NCBI GenBank assembly: GCA_951406725.2
Contig: OX597814.1
Coordinates: 120,652,001-120,716,000, forward strand
Source of the DNA: Octopus vulgaris
Lineage: Eukaryota
Direction of reading: 5' to 3'
DNA: 64,000 bases
This document shows, piece by piece, positions 13,657-24,367 of this stretch (position 1 is the first letter of the stretch; every line of letters begins with the position of its first letter). The notes below the pieces were generated by a model, which worked only from the letters and a program-made list of their open reading frames with translations, ran no database searches and was not told the origin of the DNA. A program made the position numbers and the translations under genes.

Positions 13657-13690
13657 GTGTATACATATATATGCATATATATATACTAAT
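11030..13690. repeat. ~2.6-kb degenerate (TG)/(TATG) satellite with higher-order ~74-bp units
   Basis: Nearly continuous TG/TATG. The unit GTGTGTATAGGTGTATGTATGTGAGTATGTATGGGTGTGTCC... recurs about three times at ~12190-12390. The 673-aa and 360-aa His/Thr ORFs are by-products. Confidence 0.9.
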
Positions 13691-13885
13691 AAAAGAGTTC
13701 AGCAAAGATTTGCTTCACCACACACCGAAGTTTAGAAATAGCAGCCAAAAATCTTAGCTATTTCTTCTACTTTAAAAGGGGGCCTCCCGGAGAAACCAAA
13801 ATTCTTGAAGATAATTCACACAGGCAGAGAGTAAGGCAACGAAAATCAATCAATATTTGGTTAACCATGGACGCGCGTTTCTGAA
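13690..13885 (-). mobile_element. PLE-type terminal fragment carrying the 3' half of a hammerhead
   Basis: The minus strand starts right after an (AT)n tract with GAAACGCGCGTC (GAAA, palindromic ACGCGCGU helix III, GUC site). The CUGANGA half is absent. Confidence 0.4.
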
Positions 13886-14099
13886 TTATATATATATATA
13901 TATATATATAAACTTAGATAAACTTAGATATGTTTCGACCAGAGATTGGTCCAGGCCATGTCTAACTTAATAGCACCACCTGAGAGGATTATTCAAATCT
14001 TGTTTAAGTCAAGTTTTGTTCAAGTAGTGAGTTCTTGTTGGGTGAGTTGTATCCAGTTTTGTTCAAGTAGTGAGTTCTTGTTGGGTGAGTTGTATCCAA

Positions 14100-17024
14100 T
14101 TATGGGTGGCTTATCTTGTATTCTTTGAAGGAATCTATCCAGACTCTGAAGTTGATGGGATCCTTTTCCTCTTTGATCTCCCTCGGGACAATGTTAAATA
14201 GGGCAGGGCCTGTTGAGGAAAATAAATTATGTTGCAGTGTACATGTACGTTGTGATCTTGAATTTGGCAGGGGACGTATAGCCCGTGGTCCAAGTCTTGG
14301 ATGAACCTTGAAGCTAATGTTTAGGTCGTTTGGGCAAAGTTGGCGGTATATTTTCCACATCGTACAAATGATGTACCGCTCACGGCGACGCTGGAGGGAG
14401 TAAAGTTTCAAGGCTTTAAGGCAATCCCAATAATCGAGAGCAGCCATGCCTTCAATTTGTTTAGTGAGAGCCCTCTGGGGTGACTCAATTCTGGAGATGT
14501 TTTGTCTTGTGTGAGGAGACCACAGTGGGCAGCAGTATTCAAGGTGTGGCCGTACAGAGGAGGAAAAAAGTGGTATGATGACACCTTGTTCTCTGGACCC
14601 GAAAGTTCTTAAGATCCAGGAACTCATCCTACGAGCTATGTCAACCTTCTTGTTGATGTGTGCACTCCAACTGAAATCGTCATCAACAATTACACCCAGG
14701 TCTCTGATATTGTTAGAGGCTGTGAGCGGTTCCCCTGAAGGAAGAGAGTATGGTTGTTTTAGTGAGGAATTTCTTCCAAAATGCATCAGCTCAAATTTTC
14801 CCTCATTCAGTTGCATTTTGTTTCTGTCTGCCCATTGACTCACAGCATATAGATCAGACTGGAGTTGAGTTCGGTCTGCTTCTTCATTGACGATTTGCTG
14901 GAGCTTAGTGTCATCAGCGAATATTTTCACTTTGCAGTGATGTACGACACTGGAAAGTTCGTTTACGTAAATTATGAAGAGTAGCGGACCCAAAACAGTT
15001 CCCTGGGGAACACGGCTGGTGACTTTTGCTGGGTTTGAGTGGACTCCATCATCTACAACATGTTGTGTTCTATTCGCCAGGAAATACTGAATCCAGCGTA
15101 GAACTTTTCCACGGATTCCAACATTTGCCAATTTTGAGAGTAGGATGTTATGGTCCACCCTGTCGAACGCTTTACTGAAGTCAAGATATATGACGTCAGA
15201 GTTCGAACCTGTTCCCAAGGCTTTGAGTACATCTTCAATGTGGTGTAAGAGCTGTGTTAGACAGTCCCTGCCACAGCGAAAGCCATGCTGATTTGAATTT
15301 AGGAGTTTGTGGGTCTCCAGGAAGTCAGCTATCCTTGATCTTAACACTCTTTCAAACACTTTAATGATGTGGGAGGTGAGTGAGATTGGGCGATAGTTGA
15401 CTGCGAGGGATCTGTTTCCCTGTTTGAAAACCGGGATGACCGACTGGGATAGAAATTGTTTCGGTATATAACCTGCGTCTAACGAGTTTCTCCAGAGGTT
15501 GGTCAGAGGGACTGCAAGTTGATATCTACATTCCTTCAGGAGACTAGCGGGAAATCTATCAGGGCCTACAGCAGAGTAATGTTTGACCTCATTTATTGCT
15601 GCTACGATGTCGGTGGCAGTGAAGGTTATGTCTGCGATTTTGTGTTGGGAGTCAACTTCGTTCGTTTCCCTCACATCAATATCAGTGGGAACACTGAAGA
15701 CAGAGCAGTATTGTTTCTGCAGTATTTCTGCCATTTCTTTAGCATCGTGTTGGGGAATGCCGTTATCATCAATCAATGGCCCAATGGGTGAGACAGTGGT
15801 TCTATGCTTATTTGCATAAGAATAGAACACTTTTGGGTTCTGTTTGATGTTTTTGATTACCCATTGTTCCTCCACAGCTCTTTGATTTTCAATGGAGGTT
15901 TTCATGTTAGTCTGCAGATGAAGTTTTTCCAGCTCTAGTCTTTTCATTGTTGTTGAATGTGGATGTTGTGTGTGGGAATATTTTAATTGGTTGATTTTTT
16001 TGTTGAGTCTTTTGATGCGCCTGATTAGTGTTTTTTTCTTTTTAGGGAGCCGGTTTCTGTTTGTGTTAGTAGATTTCTTGGGAGCGTGTTTAGAGCATGT
16101 ATAGGTGACTATGGTTTCAAAGTGCTGCCACGCGGTCTCAATAAGAGGGGAATTGAGAGTAAAAGACCAGTCGATGGAAGACAGATCCTTTCTGATTGTT
16201 CCCCAGTCCGCTTTGTGGAAGTTTATGTTGTCAAATGGGTGCCATGGAGTGGGATTGGCTGGTTTGGTTTTTATATGTCGGGAATTAAGATTGCAGAGTA
16301 CCATGTCGTGGTCTGAGAGGAGAGTTTTTTCGACTGAAATGCTGTGAACGTAGCTAGAGTGATTGGTCAATACCAGATCCAAGATCGTTTTATTCTGTCT
16401 CGTTGGTTCAAGTACTAGCTGAGTCAGGAAATACTCATCCATTAGATTAAAGAGCAGTTCTGCTGCTGCCCTATCTGATGTAGAGCACTTGCCTAACTTC
16501 GGAGTATTTGTGGGCCAGTTCACATGAGGGAGGTTAAAATCACCCATCACTAGTATGTTTCCGGAGTGGTACTTCCGAAGGAAGGACTCGACTTTGCTAA
16601 GGCACTCTTCAAAGTACTTTAGAGGTGCCTGGGGTGGCCTGTAAAGACCAACAATGGTTATGTCCTTGGCTTTGTTGTATAGTGATACCGATTCACAGTA
16701 GCCATTGGAAAATATGTCCTTGGCATCAAGTGAAAAGGAGTCATGGATAAAGATGGCTGTCCCTCCCTTATTTCGGTCTGTGCGATCCGCACGAACAATG
16801 GTGAAATCTTTTATTTTCACCTCTGCGTCCATATGGGTGTTGTTCAGGTGAGTCTCGGTAAGGATAAAGAAAGGGAAGCAATGTGCCATTTCGGCAAGCC
16901 AACTCTCTATATATGGGATCTTCCATTTTTGGGCTATAATTGATGGGTTGATGCAACGTACATTTAACAGGAATGTCGAGGTAAGGGAAGTTGGTAATGG
17001 GTGAGTGGTCCTTGTGATTTGCAT
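14100..17024 (-). CDS. LINE ORF2: apurinic-like endonuclease plus reverse transcriptase (974 aa; C-terminus frameshifted)
   Basis: APE motifs LNVRC, LTETHL, GGTAIF, YRPP, GDFNLP, LDLVLT and SDH. RT motifs GPD, NYRPISLTS, QHGFR, YLDFSKAFD, VPQGTVLGPLLF, FADD, RDLGV, RPHLEY and SLQRRRER. Confidence 0.93.
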   Translation of the reverse strand: MQITRTTHPLPTSLTSTFLLNVRCINPSIIAQKWKIPYIESWLAEMAHCFPFFILTETHLNNTHMDAEVKIKDFTIVRADRTDRNKGGTAIFIHDSFSLDAKDIFSNGYCESVSLYNKAKDITIVGLYRPPQAPLKYFEECLSKVESFLRKYHSGNILVMGDFNLPHVNWPTNTPKLGKCSTSDRAAAELLFNLMDEYFLTQLVLEPTRQNKTILDLVLTNHSSYVHSISVEKTLLSDHDMVLCNLNSRHIKTKPANPTPWHPFDNINFHKADWGTIRKDLSSIDWSFTLNSPLIETAWQHFETIVTYTCSKHAPKKSTNTNRNRLPKKKKTLIRRIKRLNKKINQLKYSHTQHPHSTTMKRLELEKLHLQTNMKTSIENQRAVEEQWVIKNIKQNPKVFYSYANKHRTTVSPIGPLIDDNGIPQHDAKEMAEILQKQYCSVFSVPTDIDVRETNEVDSQHKIADITFTATDIVAAINEVKHYSAVGPDRFPASLLKECRYQLAVPLTNLWRNSLDAGYIPKQFLSQSVIPVFKQGNRSLAVNYRPISLTSHIIKVFERVLRSRIADFLETHKLLNSNQHGFRCGRDCLTQLLHHIEDVLKALGTGSNSDVIYLDFSKAFDRVDHNILLSKLANVGIRGKVLRWIQYFLANRTQHVVDDGVHSNPAKVTSRVPQGTVLGPLLFIIYVNELSSVVHHCKVKIFADDTKLQQIVNEEADRTQLQSDLYAVSQWADRNKMQLNEGKFELMHFGRNSSLKQPYSLPSGEPLTASNNIRDLGVIVDDDFSWSAHINKKVDIARRMSSWILRTFGSREQGVIIPLFSSSVRPHLEYCCPLWSPHTRQNISRIESPQRALTKQIEGMAALDYWDCLKALKLYSLQRRRERYIICTMWKIYRQLCPNDLNISFKVHPRLGPRAIRPLPNSRSQRTCTLQHNLFSSTGPALFNIVPREIKEEKDPINFRVWIDSFKEYKISHP

Positions 17025-17541
17025 AGATGGTTGGTGATGGCTCGCTGGATCTCCTGGCTTAGGTCGGCCTTCATATTTTCCAGGTATGTCAGTAAAAAAG
17101 AGTTACTTGTTTGGTTTGCCACTTGTTCAGAGGATACATATTTCAAGTTGGCGTTATTTGGTGTTTTTTCATGGTTCTGTCTACGTTGTTTGATTGTAGG
17201 AGGGGAAACGTGGTTGTATTTTGTTCTTGTTGTTGTCCTAGATTTCCTCTGTTCCTGTTTATATCTATTCTGTGATCGTTTTGTGCCCTTCAGATCGTGG
17301 TGGTTGCATTCTGGGTTCAGGCACATCCTTTGTGAGACAGAAGTTTGGCACAGTTTAGGATGGAATAAGGTGCATCCATTGCCTCTTATGCATCCGTATT
17401 TAGGATCAGAACCATAGATTCTGTATTTAGGACAGTATTTGGGGTGGAGGTGGGAGCAATTTTTTCCTGTTATACCGTATGGACAGGTGCCCATAGCAAG
17501 TCTACGACATAAGGTCGGATGGGGAAAAGCACAGCGTCCAA
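16964..17541 (-). CDS. LINE ORF1 3' portion with tandem CCCH zinc fingers
   Basis: GRCAFPHP / CRRLAMGTCPYGITGKNCSHLHP / CPKYRIYGSDPKYGCIRGNGCTLFHP / CQTSVSQRMCLNPECNHH, then a basic region. The N-terminal part of the tracked ORF (17542-17653) is microsatellite and flank. Confidence 0.8.
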
Positions 17542-18059
17542 TGTATGTATGCATGTTTGCGTATGTACGCGCTTGTGTGTGTGTGTATATATATATATAT
17601 TGAGGTTTTATATTACTAAGCACTGAACTCCTAAACCATAAAAATACCTTCATTCTTCATACTACTAACCCCTCTCTCTTCCCCTACACTTAGACTCTAT
17701 CACTACACATTTATCATTCCTTTACCTTTGACCCCCATTCCTTCTATCTTTTACACTATAATACCGTTCTTTGTCTTTCACCCTTTATCTCCCCACTCCT
17801 ACTTTCAAAGTATCTCCACTGACCACTAACTCATCTATATCTTCATTTTTCTTTTTTCTCTCACTTTTATCACTCTCTTCAGGGTTTTTGATTTATTATT
17901 ATTTTTTTATTTTAATACTCTTCTTCTTACTTTCTTCTCTTTCTTCTCTCTTTTTTCTTTCTTCATTCCTGTTTACGATTTGACCCTACTAATACACTCC
18001 CTATTTTTAGGTCACTTTGAAGAAAAACCTTTGACTCTACAACACTGTGTATAAATTAT

Positions 18060-18212
18060 GTACTTCTATACTTGGAATGACCGAGTTTAAATACTGCTGG
18101 ATCTCATTCATAAGGTATTGGAATCTTACATTGTGTATAAACTCTATATTTGGAATGACCCATTTTAAATTCTGTTGGATTTTACTCATAAGGTATTGGA
18201 ATCTTACATATA
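18060..18212. repeat. Diverged 78-bp tandem duplication
   Basis: TTGGAATGACC at 18072 and 18150; CATAAGGTATTGGAATCTTACAT occurs twice. Confidence 0.85.
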
Positions 18213-18345
18213 TACCATTCTGCCTGAAAAATGGATCTACAACTTCAATATTCCTACATATCTTATATCTATTTTTTTCCTCCACCTCAATTTCTATTTT
18301 GTATCCTATATAAACTAACTATTAGTTAACTATTAGTCTCCCACC

Positions 18346-18397
18346 GTCTCCGATGAAGGGATATGATTAATAAATATCCTGGAAACAGCCGTAAAAC
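18346..18397 (+). ncRNA. Type I hammerhead-like motif (U4C) at the end of a probable PLE-type tail (~17650-18460)
   Basis: GUCU-CCGAUGA-A-GGGAUAU(gauuaauaa)AUAUCCU-G-GAAAC-AGCC-GUA-AAAC, with a 7-bp stem II and stem I paired at 3 of 4 positions. Confidence 0.55.
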
Positions 18398-18545
18398 CTT
18401 CTATCTATAAATATTCTAATATCTACACAGCCTTGGTATTTATTTAATTAGGAAAAAAATTCTTATATATATATATATATATATAAGCAAATAGATATAA
18501 ATCAATTTATATTTAATATTTAATATTTAGAAAAGTGGATATAAT

Positions 18546-18630
18546 CTCTGACAGGACAACCGTTTCGATTCAGACTTTAAAAATTAATTAAAATAATTAA
18601 ATCATTATAAAGTTGAATCTCATCGGAGGT
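18546..18630 (-). ncRNA. Hammerhead-like motif (U4C) with long stem II
   Basis: Minus strand CCU-CCGAUGA-GAUUCA-ACUUUA...UAAAGU-(C)-UGAAUC-GAAAC-GGUUGUCCU-GUC-AG, with a 12-bp stem II and a weak stem I. Confidence 0.5.
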
Positions 18631-18703
18631 ATGAGAAACGATATACCATTACGTTTTTAAGATTTTATATGTTGTGTGCGGCCCACACTTATATACATAA
18701 ACT

Positions 18704-18734
<31 letters not shown>

Positions 18735-18736
<2 letters not shown>

Positions 18737-18780
18737 GGCCACAGCTCATGAGCTGAAACTAGAATCAATCAATCAATCAT
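18735..18780 (+). mobile_element. Isolated LINE/SINE 3' terminus
   Basis: ATGGCCA-CAGCTCATGAGCTG-AAACTAG followed by (AATC)n. This is the same ATGGCC-hairpin-GAAAC-short-repeat layout as the 3' end of the LINE at 13911-13960. Confidence 0.5.
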
Positions 18781-19317
18781 ATATATATATATGTATTTAT
18801 GTATGTATGTATTTTCATAGCGGACTCCTCTAAAGTATTGGTAAAAAATTTAATTTATTACACTTCAAGTTTAATATATTAAAGTAATGTCAGTAATGCA
18901 AGCCAGAGTTATCCTCGAAGAAAGCACGTAGTGATAAATCGTACTTTCCTAAATGGCCGTGTGCAAAGCGTAATCGAATTTTGTTTGAAAGAAAACTTCT
19001 TCGTACACGACCAAGGATTGGAAGTTTACCTCTTGGGAATAGGTATCTTATTCGTGTTGTTTCTTTTGTTTTATCTTTGGTAATACTAGATGAAAGAGTG
19101 AAGACGTAGTGTCTGTTTACTTACGCAAGCGAAATCGTTACAAAACCTCTTCTTTTTATCACTATCGTTTTTCATTTAACTTTTTCTAACACCAGCTCAC
19201 TTGGTCTATGCCTTTCGTTTATCTATTTCCTACATAACTTCCTTATCTGCTCCTCTCTTCTCCTCTCCTCTCTCTTTCATACCTCCCTCTACTTCCCCCT
19301 TTGTTTAGAAAAAGAAG

Positions 19318-21172
19318 ATGGCAACAAACTGGGAGAGCAAAGAATTGAATCTTCTGTTGCGAGCATGGACGATTGCTAGCGGCTTTCCTAAAAAGAACAT
19401 CATCACTGCTGTACTGAAGGGCAATGGCTTCTGCAGAATCATTAAGCAGATAGAGCGGAAGAAAAATGAATTCATCCGATACTATGCCGTTATTAGACCA
19501 CACATTGACACTCTTGATGTCATCATGGAAAACGACTGTGACACAGCTGATAAAGAAAATGAAGCAAAAGCCAGAAGTCTCTTCGATCCAGTGGTCCCAC
19601 GAAATAATGGAGCCCCCAACCTGGAACCACCAGGCTGATAAAGATATGGAAGCTTAAGAACTGGTCTTACCAAGGTATGGAGCACTCACCCCATTGAGAA
19701 CCAGAGGAATGCAAGTGCTACCACCAGAAAAGGAAGGAAATAATACGAGCAAAAATATGAAGGAAGGGAGAAAAGGAAACGGAAATGATGAAACAACTAA
19801 AACCGCAATCCGAAACCACCAAACAAAAAGCAGAAAATGACTCAAATATGGTGGCGAAACCCTAGAGGAGAGAAGAAATTTGGAGTGGAATCAAGGACAT
19901 GCAAATTTTACCTACAAGGCAAATATTTGAATGGGGGGATACGGTATAAACTGCCAGTTTCTTTACCCGAGACCCTGCCAAAACTACAGGGGTCTTAAGG
20001 AGAAATACATCCCTGAGGAAAGGCACCAATCGTCTGTAAAGTCAAAGTATACAAATGCAGTTCAATCTTCACTAGCTGCGTTTTTAAGTATGGCGCAAAG
20101 TTTGGGCAGTAGCTGATCTTGGTATAAAAGACGCAAACATAGAACCTTGCCCATTATTGCGCAAGACCACCAAAATCAACAGACACAAGATAGCCTCCAC
20201 TAACGCCTGCACAGTTGTCATGCCAATATTTTTACTAAGTATCGGATGCCTGTTGCATCACAACAAAATCAATTATTTTTTTTTCTCTGAGAGAACTGAC
20301 TGCACGCAATCATGTCCCATGCATAGCACTCGTGAAAACACATCTGAGCTCTGATATAAAGGATGTAGAAGTACACGTACCAAAATATATCATACTGTGA
20401 ATAGCCAGAAGGGACGGGACCCATGGTGAAGTTGCTGTATACACCCGTGAAAATCTCACACCACATATTATATTACTCAAATTCAGTAGGTAACACACTA
20501 ATTGTATGCATAAGACAACACAATATAGTCATATGCAATACATATCACCCACCGGAAGCTCCAAAACACAGAGGCAAGTTTAAAGATTGCCTCATAAGAA
20601 TTTTTAAAATCTCCAACAAACTGGAACATCATGTGAGTGTATTTCTTGTGGATAATTTCAACTTATCCAATGTGAAATGGACTGACGTTCTTAAGGTACC
20701 GAATGACCAGTTCAAAAATCTCTTTACCACCCCGTTGCAACACAGGCAAGTGAACGAACCAGTGGAATTCTTCGCCAACTCAACCATAAGGAGCGAGGCA
20801 ATTACGATGAAGTGGTCGCAAACTCAACTGCTGGCCTTGATGGTTTTCCAGCAATCCTCCTCAAATCGCGTAAGCGTGCTCTGGCGAAACCACTACAGAT
20901 CCTCTGCCAGAGTTTACTTGCAAATGGCAAACTGCCAAGCAAACTGAAGGAGAGAACGTTACGCCCAATCCATAAAGGAGGAAACAGAGCAGATGCTTAA
21001 AACCATAGGCCTATCTCTCTGACTTCACGCATCAGCAAAATCCTGGAACGTATAGTCAGAGGGAAATTAATCACTTTCATTCAAGAAAACTACTTGCTGA
21101 GTGATACCCAGCATGACTTCCGACCAGATAAGAGTTGCCTAACCCAGCTCTGACAGCATTGTGACTGGGTGT
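19318..21172 (+). pseudogene. Decayed CR1-like LINE (ORF1 with CCCH remnant, APE and N-terminal RT)
   Basis: CKFYLQGK..GYGINCQFLYPRPC at ~19900, TYHPP and VDNFNLSNVKW at ~20540-20680, and AGLDGFPAILLK, PIHKGG, NHRPISLTS, QHDFR..SCLTQL at ~20830-21150. Many stops, frameshifts and an internal deletion. Confidence 0.85.
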
Positions 21173-21492
21173 CGATGGCGCTTGGTCGAATACGTATATT
21201 AATTATCAGTACTCTCAAATTTAAAATACTATACTTATGACGGGAATAAGTGAGTATAAATATGATTTTACATCTTTTTACATTTCTTTAACACAGATGC
21301 GTATATAGTTAATCAAAGCCGGGTGGATTCGTTATTTTATCTCTTTACCTGCGTGAGTTGAGAGTATTACTGTCAGGGAGATATCTTATGGTAGTGGAAT
21401 AGTATTTAACTGCTATTTCTAAATTTCGGTATGTGATGATGCAATTTTTGCTGAAACCTAATTATAATTATACTTATAATTATAGAATTTTC

Positions 21493-21552
<60 letters not shown>

Positions 21553-21574
21553 TATAGATATATAGATAGATAGA

Positions 21575-21755
21575 TTCTCCCAAAGAATCTGAGGAACTAG
21601 CACAAAGTAGATGTAGGGGTTTTAAATCAAAGCTGGACCTCTTCCTGTCGAGAGTCCCAGATGAACCTACCTCACGACAAGAGGTGCAAATGAGGGTAGC
21701 TATATCAAACTCCATTCTTCACCAAGTGCCACACATTGGAGGAGGCTCTAAGCAT
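21575..21755 (+). mobile_element. CR1-like LINE ORF2 C-terminal fragment
   Basis: LPKNLRN...FKSKLDLFLSRVPDEP...SNSILHQ. Confidence 0.75.
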
Positions 21756-21780
21756 GTCCGTATATATATATATATATATA

Positions 21781-21948
21781 TTTCCACTATCAAGTCCCAA
21801 TTATATTATTAGCTTCGAAAACACTTAAATGTGCCGGCGGTGATATGTACCCATCATACCCTTAGGTCTAATCTATTATTAATTAGGTTGCTCTTGTCTC
21901 TGTACTTAAACATCTCATAAATTTCCATAGAACAATGCTCACAACCTT
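21781..21948 (-). repeat. Near-identical direct copy of 23833-24000 (PLE GIY-YIG C-terminus)
   Basis: About 168 bp with roughly 5 mismatches by eye. Confidence 0.9.
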
Positions 21949-21958
21949 ATATATATAT

Positions 21959-22680
21959 ATAGTGTAATAAATAAAATATATGCATACATACAAACATATA
22001 TGTACGTACCTACATCTACATGTATATATACATGCATATATAAATATATATACGTGAGTACAGGACACCACAACTAGACGTAGAACACAACGAGAAACGA
22101 AAAAGGAAAAACCAATTTTTTTACAACAGAACAACAGAGACGTAGAACTCAACGAGAAACGAAAACGGAAAAACCATTTTTTTACAACAGAAAAACAGAG
22201 TACAGGACATACTACACAAGGAAAAATCCCCTATCATCAGCTGTCACTAGTTCGACTCTAGCGTGTTTCGAAGGCAAGACAGGACACGACTCGTCAAACC
22301 AATCCTTCCTGCGAGAGAATTAAAATAAAATTACCTCGCAGAGGGGTAAACACAAGCAAGAAAAAATGTAACACAAACAGGACGTAAAAACGATACAAAT
22401 AAAACTACAAAAAAAACTACCAGATAAAAATGCATGTAGAAGAAAATACAATACGAGAAATAAAAATAAACAAGAAAACAAACAAGAAAACAAACGAAAA
22501 GGCATTTTTTCTGGCTTAGACGAGGAGATTCTAGCAGCGCATGGGGACATAGATGTGTGTCTTTACAGTTTGAAAGCCGCGTGTAAAAGGAAGTAGTTTT
22601 GGCTAGCAGTGACAAAGATGGGGAGGAGGGAGAGAGATAGAGATAGAGGAAGACAAGCGGCTGAGAGAGAGATGAGGAAG

Positions 22681-22719
<39 letters not shown>

Positions 22720-22811
22720 AAGGTAAAGCAAAGAGAAGGTATATATACATGTAGATGTAGGTACGTACATATATGCTTGTATGTATGCATATATTTTATT
22801 TATTACACTAT
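21959..22811. repeat. ~72-bp inverted repeats bracketing ~710 bp
   Basis: 21959-22030 is the reverse complement of 22740-22811 with one mismatch. There is an internal ~61-bp tandem duplication at 22078-22200. Confidence 0.9.
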
Positions 22812-22885
22812 TGTTTGACAGCGCCTTCGCATCGGGTTCGATTCGATTCGTTCGCTTCGTTCCGTTCTTTATTCTCCCAGTACTG

Positions 22886-22978
<93 letters not shown>

Positions 22979-23829
22979 TGTATGTATGCATGCATGTATG
23001 TATGTATGCATGTATGTATATACACCTTTATATAAAGAATATAGTATAATTATATGTTGTAATTATAACTGAAAATTATCAATCTAAGAACAATGACGAG
23101 CCACATCTTTTCATGCATACGTGCAGAGAGAATATGTGACATACTCCTCAGACCCATAGAATGTTATTCCTGTATATGCGAAGGCATATGGGAATGCAAA
23201 ATATAAAATATTCAATTCAATATAAACATTTTTGCAATATAAAATAAATATGAAACATAAATGATGAGAAATTAATGAGAAAAATATACAAAGATAAGAA
23301 ATATAATAATAAGAATTAATAGAAAATTAATAAGAAATATGTGTAAAGACAGGAGATTAAAAATAAAGCCGGAAATAATAAAAGATAAGCTAAAAAGATA
23401 ATAGGTATGCAAAAAATGAGACAGCTCAAGGTATTCATACTTAAGTAGATTAAGGTATAGATAAATTAATGATGATGATATCATCGGATGTGGTTTTATA
23501 AATTTTAATAGTACAGGTGCTAATGTATGTATGATTAAATAGTTCTTAGAGGGTGTAATATTTAGTCAAGGTAGGCTTACTATCTCATAACTCAATACAA
23601 ATGTACTTGATGTGACTGGTAGGGTAGAAATCATAGAATTGATGGAAAGAACAGTAAAATCACCGTAGTGGGTGAAATCAGGCTAAAGAGGCTGGGGTTA
23701 ACATAGGGTAATATCATGTATAATACATCACATAAACATAATACATAGCATATAATATATGTAATGTAATACAACATATATAATATCCTACACTTGAGGG
23801 TAAGTTATAAAGGATACGGCGTCCAAAGC

Positions 23830-24300
23830 GAATTTCCACCATCAAGTCCCAATTATATTATTAGCTTCGAAAATACTTAAATGTGCTGGCGGTGATATGT
23901 ACCCATCATACCCTTAGGTCTAATCTATTATTAATTAGGTTGTTCTTGTCTCTGTACTTAAACATCTCATAAATTTCCATAGAACAATGCTCACAACATT
24001 ATCTACAATCTCTATATGGCTGCTCACTCCGTATTACATCGCATTTGAAGCTAAATCTATACTTGCTTTCCTGAAGTTCTCAGATCTTACTAGATAAAGA
24101 AGTACTATTTAGCTTCATGTCTAAGTCTAAGCAATGAAAAATGGTTATTAATAAGATTTTCATTTGCATCGAACACCCTATAAAGATAACACTACCACTT
24201 TTAGTCAAAATTATACATTTGCAAATTACGTTTTGGATTAAACAGCGCACTAATAACGGGCAATGGGATTTTACCCTACAATTGTAACCGGGAGTATTAC
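23830..24300 (-). pseudogene. Decayed Penelope-like (Naiad-like) GIY-YIG endonuclease region
   Basis: GYNCRVKSHCPL..CLIQNVICKC..FIG, STSLSSKI*EL, PY..CEHCSME, LINNRLDL..H; matches the CNCR-CPL-YIG / STxLS..IW / CxLC..E pattern, with in-frame stops. Confidence 0.75.
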
Positions 24301-24309
24301 TGCTATTAT

Positions 24310-24363
<54 letters not shown>

Positions 24364-24367
24364 AACC

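Larger units (their letters stand above)
13911..17541 (-). mobile_element. CR1-like (Jockey-group) LINE, 5'-truncated within ORF1, otherwise nearly complete
   Basis: Contains ORF1 CCCH fingers, an APE+RT ORF2, a 3' UTR stem-loop GACCA-ATCTC-TGGTC and a (TATCTAAGTT)2 tail abutting (TA)n. Confidence 0.92.

Noticed and set aside
11321-13676. 673-aa, 360-aa and 259-aa His/Thr/Tyr-rich ORFs
   Set aside because: Translations of a CA/TACA satellite that rarely produces stop codons; all frames are similarly open.
14012-14097. Short direct repeats (also 31467-31520, 22078-22200) considered as CRISPR-like
   Set aside because: Head-to-tail duplications without unique spacers, no cas genes, and a eukaryotic context.
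23095-23490. CTGAGGA (23146-52 minus) and CCGATGA (23481-87 minus) core-like boxes in the PLE 3' region
   Set aside because: No properly placed GAAAC with closing stems; at best highly decayed.
23903-23908. In-frame TGA shared by both copies of the Naiad-like GIY-YIG C-terminus, considered as selenocysteine
   Set aside because: Against the NxRxELxxxCxH pattern, the TGA falls one codon before the Cys position (which is TGG here). The other TGA (24080) replaces a conserved Trp, a TAA stop is also present, and no convincing SECIS is visible.
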